Shown here in pieces: positions 13,634 to 27,000 of a stretch of 64,000 nucleotides of DNA. Below the pieces are notes generated by a model, which had not been told where the DNA came from, did not search any database, and worked only from the letters and a program-made list of their open reading frames with translations. A program made the position numbers and the translations under genes. The DNA is from Octopus vulgaris (taxonomy: Eukaryota). Numbering within the stretch: position 1 is the first letter of the stretch; each line of letters begins with the position of its first letter. Location: contig OX597822.1 of NCBI GenBank assembly GCA_951406725.2, positions 73,222,001-73,286,000 on the forward strand, in the 5' to 3' direction.

Positions 13634-13750
13634 AGACCTGATGAGTGACTATATTTTTAAATGGAATTAATTTTAATTCGATTTAATTTTAAATCGAATT
13701 GAATTCATTATCATCTATTTGAAAATATAGCCACGAAATGCGCGTAGTCT
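13634..13750 (+). ncRNA. Type-I minimal hammerhead ribozyme motif with greatly extended stem II
   Basis: AGAC (13634-13637), CTGATGA (13638-13644), ~90-nt hairpin (13645-13734), GAAA (13735-13738), TGCGCG, TA (cleavage triplet GTA 13744-13746), GTCT (13747-13750, pairs with AGAC). Confidence 0.75.
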
Positions 13751-13987
13751 TTTTTCTACTATTTACTATAAATTTTTCTTTATTGATTTTTATAATAAGG
13801 TTTTTTTATAGTATATGTTTTCTATATGGTTTGAATAACATCTTTCTTTACTGAATTGTTGAATAGAGGTTTTTCTCTAAATTATATAAATATATTATAT
13901 ATTGTGGCATTTGATTTAAAACTGTTAAATTTGAATTTTTCCCTCTAAGTTTTTGAATTATAGTCCCTACTACTACTACTACTACTG

Positions 13988-14029
<42 letters not shown>

Positions 14030-14592
14030 TTATTATTATTATTATTATTTTATACATATATATATATATTTAGTTTGATTTGAAAACCCCATTAGAATGG
14101 GAGAAAGCGCTAATACATGATCTAAGTTATATGATATATAATAAATGTAATATACAAATAAATATCTGTAAATACAAACCATCCGATTTTCTGAGTACCT
14201 CATTTCTTCTCACATATAATACCTGTACATCATCTCCAAACCTTCCAATATATATATATATATATATATATAAAGTAAACAAACGATGTACATTGCGCTA
14301 CAGAAATGTGCATCAAATGTTGAACAGAAAGAACACAGGGAGAAAATTTCGATGGAAGCAGAGTAAACGGGAATATATATATATGTGTGTGTGTGTGTGT
14401 ATGGGTGTGCGTGTGTGTGCGTCTGCTTTATGTGTGTATGAATATATGCAAGTCTTCGAGCTTTTCTTGAATATTTTATAAAAAATGTAAGAAATTTCAA
14501 AATGACTAACAAAAAATGCATATTCATAAGAACTCATACACAATTAAATACAAACCACCACACACACGCATCTATATACATACATACATATG

Positions 14593-14683
<91 letters not shown>

Positions 14684-14826
14684 TTATTCTTTAATTTGTT
14701 TCAGTCTAGTACTTATTCTATCGGTATCTTTTGCCGAACTGCTAGGTTACGTGAATGTAAACATACTAGCGTCGGTTGTCAAGCGATGTTGGGAGGACAA
14801 AACGCAGACATAGAGACATATATGTA

Positions 14827-16119
14827 CGAGGGGCGTTCAATAAGTAATGCCCCTGACCCACTTCCCATAGAAGTAGAGCAACGAAACTTGGCACAGTTAT
14901 TAGTCTTTTTCTACATAGGAACCACCCAGAGTTACGCATTTCTCCCATCGTTTGATGCAGCTCTGGAGACCGTTTTTGTAGAAGACCCCAGCTTGGTCCT
15001 CCAACCACGACGTGACTTCAGAAATCAAGGCTGCATCATCTGGGAAACGCTTTCCTTTCAAAAACAACTTCATGGCTGGGAAGAGGTGAAAATCAGAGGG
15101 TGCAAGGTCAGGAGAGTAGGGGTGATGGGGGAGGAGTTCATAGCCGCACGCCTGTGCTTCTGATCTGGCGACACGCGAGTTGTGGACCGGAGCGTTGTCC
15201 TGCAAGAGGAGGATGCCTTTGCTGATCTTGCCCCACCTCTTGATTTTGATAGCTTCTCTTAATTTCCTCAAAAGTGAAGCATAATAGGCTCCTGTAATTG
15301 TGGTACCCTTTGCCAGGAAATCTGTCATCACTACTCCGTCCTGGTCCCAGAAGACTGTGAGCATGGCCTTGCCAGCGGAGGGTTGCACCCTTGCCTTCTT
15401 TAGAGGAGGTGAGTCACGGTGCTTCCACTGCATTGACTGGGCTTTGGTCTCTGGATCATAGTGATGGACCCAGGTTTCATCCTGTGTAATCAGTGTTTTG
15501 AAAAAAATTGACTCATCTTCTTGGCACATCTCCAAATTCATCCTCGAGCACTCGACGCGTTCTTGCTTCTGGAAAGGTGTGAGCAGCCTGGGAATCCATC
15601 TGGCAGACACCTTTTGCATATGCAAATGGTCATGAATGATAGTTTCCACAGACCCGGTACTAATCTTGACCTCATGGGCTATTTGGCGAATAGTTATGCG
15701 TCGATCTTCCAAAATGGCAGCCTCAACTTGACGGACAGATGCCTCATCAATGGCAGAAGGGGGACGACCAGATCTGGGAGCTGTTTCCACAGAGTTCCGA
15801 CCATGTTTGAATTCACGATGCCAGCGTTTTACAAGGTCATATGATGGGGCATCATCACCATAAGTTACTTTCATTTCATCAAAAGTCTCCCGTGGTGTGC
15901 GTCCTTTCAAATACAAAAACCGGATCACTGCTCGACACTCAACAGGCTCTATTTCACACTTGACTCAGTTCAAACACATGTAAATCAGAAACCACAATTA
16001 GTTCAGAGCTGTAATTTTCCACTTAATCTATAGAGATATAAATAATTGCACATGCAAACTTTCAGCTAGATCATACAACTGCAAGTCGGCCAGAGGCATT
16101 ATTTATTGAACGCCCCTCG
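14827..16119 (-). mobile_element. Full-length mariner DNA transposon (1293 bp)
   Basis: 29-bp TIRs CGAGGGGCGTTCAATAAGTAATGCCCCTG (14827-14855) and its reverse complement at 16091-16119, 2 mismatches. TA duplications at 14825-14826 and 16120-16121. Confidence 0.97.
14900..15952 (-). CDS. Mariner DD34D transposase; frame open but initiator reads ATA
   Basis: WIPRLL (WVPHEL-like), TQDETW, QDNAPVH and YSPDLAPSD motifs, with 34 residues between the second and third D. The frame extends 8 codons beyond the listed GTG to ATA-E-P-V-E-C-R-A at 15950-15952. An in-frame TGA lies just upstream. Confidence 0.93.
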   Translation of the reverse strand: MEPVECRAVIRFLYLKGRTPRETFDEMKVTYGDDAPSYDLVKRWHREFKHGRNSVETAPRSGRPPSAIDEASVRQVEAAILEDRRITIRQIAHEVKISTGSVETIIHDHLHMQKVSARWIPRLLTPFQKQERVECSRMNLEMCQEDESIFFKTLITQDETWVHHYDPETKAQSMQWKHRDSPPLKKARVQPSAGKAMLTVFWDQDGVVMTDFLAKGTTITGAYYASLLRKLREAIKIKRWGKISKGILLLQDNAPVHNSRVARSEAQACGYELLPHHPYSPDLAPSDFHLFPAMKLFLKGKRFPDDAALISEVTSWLEDQAGVFYKNGLQSCIKRWEKCVTLGGSYVEKD

Positions 16120-17313
16120 TATATAAACATACGACGGGCTTCTTTCAGTTTCCTTCTGCCAGATCCACTCACAAGGCTTTGATCGGCCCGAAGCTGTATT
16201 AGAGGACATTTGCCCAAATTGCCACGCAGTAGGACTGAACCTGGAACCATGTGGTTGGGAAGTAAGCTACTTACCACACAGCCACTCCTGCACCTATATA
16301 TATATGTGTGTGTGTGCGTGTTAATACGTGTATCAGTGTGTGATTCAGAGCTTATATGAGTAATATATGTGCGTTTAAATATGTATTTTACCTTATATCT
16401 CTGAATAAGTGTTTGAGTGTGTATAATATAAGATTGGTTTTCGTAACATGGGTTTTACTTATACTAACATGTACACACGTTTGCACACGCGCACACACAT
16501 ACAGTTACATACATACATAAACGTGTGTATTTGTGTATGTGAGGTCATCCAAATGCCCATGAGAGAGAAAGATATAGAGAAGAAAGAGAGATGAAGAGAT
16601 AGGAGGACAATGAGACAACGAGACAAAGAGACAAAGAGAGAACGTGTCAATATCCTTATCTGTAAGCTTTCAACGGGTCTCGTTCCGTACGCGACTTTAC
16701 TTTCACTTTCATCTCTACTGTTATTCCAGTGTTTTGGTAGTACGTATCTCCACACACACACACGCACACACTAACACGCACATACACACCCAGATACACA
16801 AACATATGAACTTACATACACCCACACACACACATACACACACACACACATGCACACATACGCTTATATGTTAACGCGTAATCGTGTGTGTTCCTCTACA
16901 TATGCTTTTCAACCTGTTTATGGCTATATATTTGTATAATATGGTTTGCGCGCAAACCATGCATGTGCGCGCACACACACACACACGTATACGCGCGCAC
17001 ACACACATAAATATATATGCATGCACACATGTGTTTGTGAGTATATGTAAGTCTGTGTGTCTATGCCCACATTGTCAACCTTTTTTCTGGCTACATATAT
17101 GCATACACACACACACATACACACATATATGTATACATACATAAGTATACAAACACACGCACATATATATATAAATATATATATACATATACATATATAC
17201 ATACATACATATATAAGTATACACGAACAAACACATACACACACACATATATAGTAGTATATCTTTTTTGAAATTTGTGTAAGTATGTATATATATGTAT
17301 GTATGTATATATG

Positions 17314-17457
<144 letters not shown>

Positions 17458-18030
17458 GTATATATATATATATATAGTCTATACATCTTTGTATGTGTAT
17501 GTATTATGTGACTGCCATCACAATCTCATTTTATGATGGCTAAATTATATACTAACGATATTCTTCGAGTATTGCAGAAAATTTTGAATATTCCTTGCTA
17601 TTCTACTCTACTTACCATTTCCCACTTTCCCCTTTTTCGCTTTGCTCCCACCCATTTCTTCATGAACCATAAAAATAAAGATAAAAAAAAAACAAATATT
17701 TTAGGCTATAACGCTTATTCAGTTGAATATCAAAAGACTACGATAACCAATCAAATGAACGTTATAGCTGAAGACGTCTTTATTGTATGGCATCACCATA
17801 GAATAAAGACATCTTCCGTTTCATTCTAAAATTCAAAGACATAAGATGAAAATTATTTTTTACCATTGCCAGAACCCCAGATCAGAGATATTCAACATAA
17901 AGTGAATCCCAATGATAGGGAATGAGAGATTTTTCTGCAACAAACTTGGAGTTTCGGTTTTTATACCGATTCTGGTAATAGACACCCGTTTGATCGTATT
18001 TATTCTGTCCAGTAACGAAAATTGCCGATA

Positions 18031-18066
<36 letters not shown>

Positions 18067-18084
18067 TATACATATATATATATA

Positions 18085-18459
18085 CTAGCAGTATCGCCCG
18101 GCGTTGCTCAGGTTTGTAAGGGAAATAACTATAAAGCATTTTTAGAGAGTTATAGCCAAAAAATAGCAAAAAGATGGAAAAAAATTATGGTAATTTTTTT
18201 TTTAGTTAAAAAAGGTGGAGTTGCGTCCCCTAGACAGTTTGCGGTTTGTGTTTCTGATTCTCGACCCCATGTCGAATTTATCGATTTTTTTCAGAACTGG
18301 GGGAACTTTTCAAAATGTTCGCTGCGTTAGTTTTGAATTATGACATTGGGCTATGTGTGTGTCAAGTTTCATCAGAATCGGTTGAAAGCCGTGGTCAGGG
18401 TGAGGGTACAAGAAAACAGACACACAGAAACACGCACAGACAAACTGCCGTTTATATAG

Positions 18460-18460
<1 letters not shown>
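18085..18460 (-). mobile_element. Non-autonomous Helitron (short form)
   Basis: On the minus strand: A|TCTATATAAACGGCAG...CCTGAGCAACGCCGGGCGATACTGCTAG|T. GC-rich subterminal hairpin, no TSD, inserted between A and T in (TA)n. Near-identical to 53470-53848. Confidence 0.85.
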
Positions 18461-18490
<30 letters not shown>

Positions 18491-20268
18491 TGTGCATGTG
18501 TATGTCTGTGGTGGGAAATGCCTTCGGGTTTGTGTCCATGTGTACTTACCCGTTTGTATGATTAAGTACATATCTGAGATTGGGTATGTTTGTATATGTG
18601 CGCATGTATGTGTGTATATATATGCCTGTGGAGGTTTTGTTATTGTGAGCGTGTGTATATGTTGTCAGTGAAAGTGTATGTGCATGATTCTGCATGTGTG
18701 TTCCTGTACGTGTGTGCATATATGTGCATGTGTGTGCATGTGTTAAGGTGGTGTTTTTGTGTGCATGTATTCATGATAGTTTTTGAACGTAAGTATAAGT
18801 CTCTGATCGTGTATGTGTTTGTGTGTACATATATGTACGTGTGTGTGTGTGTGCCTGTGCCACTATATGTGTATGTGAGTGCTGTACCGATAGAACGAGT
18901 AGGAGTGTTTCTATGCCTAATAATCTGTGATTAACAAAATAATTAGTTATGATGTCTTAATAACGGTGATAGTACTGATATCCATGATGAGCAGCGCAAG
19001 GCCATGCATTATGAAATAAGATTCAGTCGAATTAATCGACCCTTTGACATTACATAAATTTTATTTATTTATCCACCCGACAATGTTTGAAGGAGTTGAA
19101 TACTATAATATTTAAACTCAATGTAAATTAGCATAATTTGGTTTTGCAGCCATCGCATCCATTAGGGTAGTAATACTTATTTCTGACATATAACAATGTC
19201 CTCAATTTTTTTTTTAAGGTATATTTCGATTGTAATCTTTCCTACTATTTGATCTGTTACTTTATATTATCGATGTCAAGCAGTAAGCTTGTCCTTTGCC
19301 ACATTTGAATTCAGGAGATCATCCCTTATTTTTAGACATTTCTTTCTTTTAAGTCTAGTATGTTTTATATACCATCAAATATAGTATATTACTTTTCTGC
19401 CTTATGCAGTTTAATCTAGCTGCGTCTAATTTGTACTTTATTCCACTAGAATTGATAAAGTAATTACCAGTCATGTATTGTGGGTATCTTCATATCTCAC
19501 ACGAGATTATACTCTCGCTTCAGGAAAATATCTCTTCACGACGTGGAGCTGAACAATTTTTTAATGGAAGAACGGAAGTTACGCATACACGCAAATTTCT
19601 TCTCTCAATGACACTTGTTGCTTAATGGAAAAACAAATAGTCGACACAACTTGTCACTTGTGCCGTTTGAAAGTGTTGCCGCCAGAACGCAAAAATGCAG
19701 AAGCGGATACCACATACGATCTCACTCGATGGTCTTGGACTGGTAATTTAACCTTTATTAGCAGCTGATAACCCAGAAATACTACACTTGCCTATATCAC
19801 CACCGCTTCCCGCAGAGAGATTACATCCCACGATCATCCGACAGCCATATTTGAAACGAAAAATCATATATAAGCTGACACAAACCGGTTAGTCTAATCG
19901 TGGCAACTATAGTCGCTGAAATACCAATTCGTACAGAATGCCGACTAACTGACGCCAACATCATATCTGCTCACTATGAAGCATACAATAAAGTACCTGA
20001 TGCCACTAAGAAAGTTGATACACCCACGTCACCTGAAATTACCAATGGAGGCGTAAACAGTCTCATTTTGAATATTTTCAAATGCTTTCCAGTCTAACTC
20101 AAAACATCTGATCATGTAGACCTGTTCTATCCCCGTGAAACTTTAAGTAATGTTGAGAAAATCAGCTTGTTATTAAATTCATACAACTCCACCTGAAAAC
20201 TGAATGTGGTACGTGCTACGTTCTTTTCTTGGTTTACTCACCTGTACTCACACACACACACACACACA

Positions 20269-20315
<47 letters not shown>

Positions 20316-20721
20316 GAGTGAGTGGACAAACGAAAGGAAGGCCCTCAACATATTTATTGGGAGGTACATGAATGGATCAAAAACAGTTTGATTCAAATTC
20401 GTTGGTACTCCGAGTTTCAAGCTTGACGGTATGGCTGAAAATTAGCTTCACGCTTAAAACTCAGAGTAACAATGAATGTGAATCAAACTGTTTATATATA
20501 TAAAGGACTGCCAGCGGTTTCAAAGTTTTTCCGATCGTTATTTTAGTCAGACTGTCCGACACAGTCGAACGTCAGCGAAGAGAATAAGAATGTCAATTTT
20601 TTCCTTGTAAAAATGAAATCAAAAGTTATTGCGACGTCATTCAAAAGACCTTCTAACTGTGTTATGTATAACTGCACGTAAAATACATGAGTATTACGTG
20701 TGCGTACATTCTCTTTCACTG

Positions 20722-20759
<38 letters not shown>

Positions 20760-21739
20760 CATCTTTCTTTCTCCATCCTCTCTCTCTCTCTCTCTTCTTT
20801 CCTCCATCCATATTCTATACATCCAGTTTACATAAGAAACCGGTTTTAACACAATTATTGATAACAACTGAACTAACGAATAAATATATTTTTCTAACTC
20901 AGGAATTCTAGCTTTGCCCATGAACTTTGCAACCTCCAAGACATTTGGGGGTAAATAGACTTACATCATCCAAAAGCCTTTCAATTTTTAGGCTAGTAAG
21001 ATCTGATTTGACGGCCCCTCGGTTGCTATTTCTAGCAAGCTGATCCACTGCGAAGAGGTCTCCTCGTTAGCTACACTCGAGTTTCTCACATGTAATCGCA
21101 TCTACCAGTCAATTCCAATAACACCATTGCATTTTAATTTTCATTTTTTTTAACCAACTCTTGTCCAACCAAAGGGCTTGTGCCTACGTAAGAGGTTATC
21201 ATTGATATAAACATAGTTTGCTATTCAATAAACTAAATAATATGGTATGTTATTATACAATATACGTGACATAAAGTTACAACTAACTTTATCTGAATTC
21301 TGCTTTTGTATCCGTCTATTGTATGTTTCAATTAATATATATTTCATTTGGCATTAATCTCTCTCGATTTAGGTACAAACCTACGACAAATATGATGCCA
21401 ACATATGACTGCGCTTATAATACCATTTGATTAATTACTGATCAATTTCCATACAATTATATTACGATATATTACGATATATTACATCGAAAATTATACT
21501 TAAGCGCGATTCATACTAAGCGTAAATTATTGTTTTTATACTTAATGGTTTTAGGGAAGCTGTTATTACGACAAGGAGACTGCGTATATATAAATATTAT
21601 ATATAATGACTATACGACATGTGTTGCAAAATGACCCATTGCCTGTCAATATATCATAGTGTCATACGCTGAATGCTAAAATGTGATAAGCTGTTCATTA
21701 TGATTTAGTAAAAGTCTGTTTTATAACAACTGATTTAGG

Positions 21740-22325
21740 TGCTGGTATGTTTGTGTGGATAAGACTCTCGCTTAGTATCCATGTTGCTTTGGGTTCAATG
21801 TGTAGCCCCTTGTGCAAGTGTATTCGACTATAACCCCGGATCGATCAATGCCTTGTGAGTGATTTTGGAAGAGGAAAATTGAATGAACGCCTGTCGTACG
21901 CATTTGTGTGTGTGTGAGTTAGTGTGCGTGTGTATGTGTCTTAGTGTCTGCCAGTGTCGTATACTCCTACCGTTAGACAACCGGTGTTCTTATGCTTATG
22001 CCCTAGTAACTTAGCGATTTGGCAAAAGAATCCGATAGAATATTTACTGCACTTTAATAAAAAAGCATATGTAACGCGGTCGATTTGTTTAAATACATAC
22101 ATATACGAAGGTCTTTCATATATGTGTATGTTTGCCCCACCACCATCACTTGACAACCGATGCTGCTGTGTTTACGTCACCGTAACTTACCGGTTCGGCA
22201 AAAGAGAGCGATAGAATAAGTACTAGGCGTACTAAGAATAAGTCCTGGGTTCGATTCGCTCGGGTAAAGGTGGTGCTCCAACATGGCCGCAGTCAAATGA
22301 CTGAAACCAGTAAAAGAATAAAAGA
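21740..22325 (+). mobile_element. SINE family A, degraded or composite copies
   Basis: Contains CTTGACAACCGATGCTG...GGTTCGGCAAAAGAGA.CGATAGAATAAGTACTAGG...CATGGCCGCAGTCAAATGACTGAAAC. Confidence 0.7.
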
Positions 22326-22369
22326 ATGTGTGTATGTGTGTGTATGTGTTTTAGTTTCAAGTTTTGTCA

Positions 22370-22515
22370 TAGGACCAACAATTTTGGCGATAAGTCGATT
22401 ACATCGACCCCAGTACTCAACTGGTACTTATTTTATCGCCACCGAAAGGATGAAAAGCAAAGTCGATCTCGGCGGAATTTGAACTCAGGAGGTAACGACG
22501 GACGAAATGCCGCAA
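22370..22515 (-). mobile_element. tRNA-derived SINE family B, fragment
   Basis: GTCGATTACATCGACCCCAGTA...GAAAGGATGAAAAGCAAAGTCGATCTCGGCGGAATTTGAACTCAG matches 31748-31979. Confidence 0.75.
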
Positions 22516-22775
22516 AGCTAACTATTCTGCAATATATATATATATATATATATAAAGAGAGAGTGAGAAAGAAAGAGACATTAGGGTAAGATCCAAGGAT
22601 CCAAACGTAGGAAGTCTATAAGATTGAAGCAGTTTGTGGCAGGTAAAGAAAACAAAAAGTGTATAGCGTACGGTGAGGAACAATTTATTGGTATCGAAGG
22701 TTATACACTTTTTCCCATATCGAAGTTACGAGGAAATTCGATAAGCTGAAAGTTTCTGTACAGTTCGCTGTTAGC

Positions 22776-22882
<107 letters not shown>

Positions 22883-22985
22883 TGTGGGAAGGCCGTATGG
22901 CAGATCGTATATTCTACTTGATGTGGATATATCGTAACAAAACCACAATACTGAGGTATTCGTCTTGAGTACGTATATTGTATAG

Positions 22986-23045
<60 letters not shown>

Positions 23046-23584
23046 GTAGATAGGTAGATAGATAGATTTGATACATATATAATTCTGTTTTACGAAGTGT
23101 CTTGAATGGCAAAACAACATTAAATAATAGCTTATAGTATATTGGTTAAGAAAAACCTGAACGGATAAAATGGTGAGTCGCTATGCACGAATGTAGTTAT
23201 TATCATAGCTACATTGGCAATCAAGGTACTTCGTAAAAAAAGTCTTATTTTCATATTTGTCGAGGTTTCTAAAATTACGATCTAAATGTAGGCATTATGG
23301 ATATATATATATATATATATATGTATGTATATACATACATACATATATACATATATATATATGTATATATTTATTTTTTTATATATATATATTTATATAT
23401 ATACATATATGTATATATATATATACATACATAAATATGTATCTATATGTATATAAATATACACATATATATACATATATATATATCCATATATATACAT
23501 ACATATATATATATCCATATATATACATACATATATATATGTCCATATATATATATCCATATATATACATACATATATATATGT

Positions 23585-23628
<44 letters not shown>

Positions 23629-24695
23629 ATGCCTCTGTGTGTGTGTTTGCGTGTGTGATGTATCTCTACCTCTGTGACTGCAATTATGCGTATGTGTATG
23701 CGGATTTATGTGTATGTGTATGTCTAATAGTCTTACAACATTATTATATTCTTCTGCTCCTGGTAAAACTAATGAATATTTTGATTCGGTGAAAGTATAT
23801 TAGACAGTTTTTCATTTAATATAGAATCTCCTCGTATGAATCGCATCTTTACTACTCTTCTGTATATCCATGTGTTTTTCAATGCACTCACACCCTACAT
23901 TATTAATCGCTTTTCAAATTATCAAGTTCTTTTTTGTTTGTTTTTTTTGTTTGGCTTTCTATCGACTACCTTTCACTTAGATTATCACATCTAACTTCTT
24001 CAGCTATTTCGCACTTTTTCAATAAACATCGTATTTTATCATACATTTCCCTCTTTACATTTCATCACTCAAACATTTTCTTTCACCGAAAGCCAATGCG
24101 CCAACCAAACACTATTCATATCCACAGTTCCTTTTCCAGGAAAGTTTATCGTAATATAGCTTCTTTCTTCCCAGCTCAAACTATATTGCTGATGCTGTTA
24201 AAGAATCAAAAAAGAAAACGGACATTATAAACCTCATCCAACTTGACACCATAAATCCAAAATGGGTTTAATATTTTTCCTCTGTTGAAAACTTTATAGA
24301 AAGCCATGCGATTGATTTGGTTTTTGACTTACGCACAAAGTCATTAGTTTCCAGGGAATAAGAATGGTTTCCTATGAGCTGTAATAATATATCTGGTGCT
24401 TATTTAATCAGCACTGGAGCCCTTACGATCCATTCACTCTTTCAACTCAATTACTCCCGTGCACGTGCGTGTGTATAGCCACATATACTCAAATATATAT
24501 GTGTGTGTGCGTGTATGTATGCCTGTGTGTGTGCGTGTATGTATGTGTACGTACACATATATATGCATATATATACATATATATATATATATGCACACAT
24601 ATATAGGCATATATACATAAACGCTCACACGCAATACAAACACAAACATATATACAAACATGCACACAGGCACACACGTACAGACACACACACAT

Positions 24696-24750
<55 letters not shown>

Positions 24751-25018
24751 CATATATATATATATAGTTGTGTATGTACGTAATATTTGCCCAAATGACC
24801 GCACATACTCACGCATGTGGACACACACAAAACTCATACATTACTAAATACATATGTAAAAACAAAATATGAGAAAAATCAAAGAACCATTTATTTAAAC
24901 TTTTTACTATATTGTAATTCTGTCAATATATTCGTCTGCAGAAAGAACTTTACCGAAAAACCAATATTCCAAACATAAAATTCGCTGAATGAGAGAAACT
25001 TCTTGGTTGGCTGTTTGG

Positions 25019-25031
25019 ATTGCCTAGTAAC
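25019..25031 (-). promoter_or_regulatory. Possible RFX X-box with nearby ETS-like and CCAAT motifs
   Basis: GTTACTAGGCAAT on the minus strand, followed by CCAAT. CTTGTAACCGGAAAC occurs twice (25092, 25203). The region is not repetitive. Confidence 0.25.
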
Positions 25032-25711
25032 CCAATGGAACATAAACTACATCTAGTGAACTGGAGATTTACGGTTAGCAAAGAAAACAAACTTGTAACC
25101 GGAAACTATATCCCCAGATCGGGAATATCGAAAATCAGGCAATAATGTTTTCTCCAAGACATGGCATTGTAAACACAAATTTCAAGTTGGAATAGTAATT
25201 GGCTTGTAACCGGAAACCAGAATAACAGACACAATCTATATCGACATTGTTTGCTGTTCAACAAAAAATAGCGACGAACATGGGGCAGTGTGTGAGCGGA
25301 AGTGGTAGATCACTGGAGTTAATATGCCTTACAGCATATAGTTGTAAATCTCGTTCTATTCTCTTATATGAATATAGTTGATTTTTGTCGATGTCCATAT
25401 TAATTAGTACAACTAATACTTCAGTACATTTCCATGGTCAGCTAATCAATATCGAAGTTACTGACAAAATATTCGTGAACTTGAAATCCTTTCAACACCG
25501 TCTTGTTATATTTAACTTAAGATTGAGTATTACTTACGAGGTTATATCGGATACAGAAAATATTTAGCCGCATTAAAAGCGTTAGAATAGTCGTTTCTAA
25601 CATAGATGAATATACACTATTTCTATCATTACATCAAGTGCTTGCTTTTGTGATTAGTGGAAATAATACTTCATACAAAACCCCTTTCTCAAAATAACTC
25701 TCTCTCTCTCT

Positions 25712-25845
25712 TTACTCTTTTACTTGTTTCAGTCATTTGACTGTGGCCATGCTGGAGCACCGCCTTTAGTCGAGCAAATCGACCCCCAGGACTTATTCTT
25801 TGTAGGCCTAGTACTTATTCTATCGGTCTCTTTTGCTGAATCGTC
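25712..25845 (-). mobile_element. SINE family A, 3' portion
   Basis: TTTTACTTGTTTCAGTCATTTGACTGTGGCCATGCTGGAGCACCGCC...TAGTACTTATTCTATCGGTCTC. Confidence 0.8.
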
Positions 25846-26794
25846 TGGTCGGCATTCAATCGTCCTTGTATAAAATACCTACTAACCGTTACCTTCTGAT
25901 TGCTGCTAATATAAGAGAACCATTCGCTTCACCCACCACGCCCACCACATCTGCCACATCTGACACCAATCAGGGTTATATTTTGACATTTTATTTCGTA
26001 GTTTTTTTTAATGTTTTTTGTTGTTGTTTTTTTTTTTACTTTATAAGTAGAATTTAACAGAATTGTTCAGCCGTAAATCGGACAAATGTTTGTCTGAAAA
26101 TAGTTACGGTTCCAAATCTTTATGGCCTATCAACTATTCATCAATTTGATGATGTCAGTCTGTCAGTATAAGAATGTCCAAATAGTTTGGTTACGATTGC
26201 AAAAACAGTCAGTATAATGGCTCCTTTTTTTTATTTCAAATGTTTATATTATTATCTATTGATTGATTTTAGTAGATTTCTTATTATTGTTTTTGTTGTG
26301 GCGACTGTAATTTGTCGTCGTCGTTGTTATTATTATTATTATTATTATTGTTGTTGTTGTTGTTGTTGTTAACAGATTGAGTTCAATGAATAAAGAGAGA
26401 GGGGGCTGGCCAAAGAGGTCATATGAGAAGTGGAACTTTGATCAATGCTCCTAAGTAAGATAATTATTTTAGGTCAATCATTTAGATATTTTAAATTGTT
26501 TTAAATCTCATACTAAAATTTATGCATTATTTAGTTGCGTATTTCTAAATCCTTTAATGTTAATTTGGCTTTTTACGTCTTCATCCAACCAATCATTGTT
26601 TAAGAGATTCGACTGATGTCGGGCAGGGAGTTTCCAAAGACCAATTGTGTTACAACTTCTTTCCATAGACCAAATCAATATTCTTTTCCTTACTCTACCT
26701 TGTATGTCTTCAGTCTCAGTAAACAACAGACTGCAATTTAAATATTAGTGGATTTCTTTCTAAGTAAGAATCTGCTATTAATGTTCCGACAAAG

Positions 26795-27000
26795 CGAGCT
26801 GGCACAATCATTAGCACACCCAGCAAACTGCTTAGTGGAATTTCGTCCGTCATTAAGTTCTGAGTTCAAATGCCGCCGAGTTCAAATACCCTTCATCTTA
26901 TCGGGGTCGATAAAATAAGTACTAGATGACTACTGGCGTCAATGTAAACGGCTTGCTCCACCCAAATGTTACTGGCCTTGTGCCAAAATTTGAAACAAAT
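26795..27000 (+). mobile_element. SINE family B, diverged
   Basis: GCGAGCTGGC...TTCTGAGTTCAAATGCCGCCGAG...GGGGTCGATAAAATAAGTAC. Confidence 0.65.

Larger units (their letters stand above)
14680..16296 (-). mobile_element. SINE family A copy split by a mariner insertion
   Basis: 14680-14826 joined to 16120-16296 reconstitutes the family A sequence seen intact at 51977-52382. The break lies in the SINE's central TA-rich tract. Confidence 0.9.

Noticed and set aside
19600-20150. Coding-like C/A-rich stretch (ORF 19900-20097)
   Set aside because: Multiple stops and no diagnostic motif; at most an old LINE remnant.
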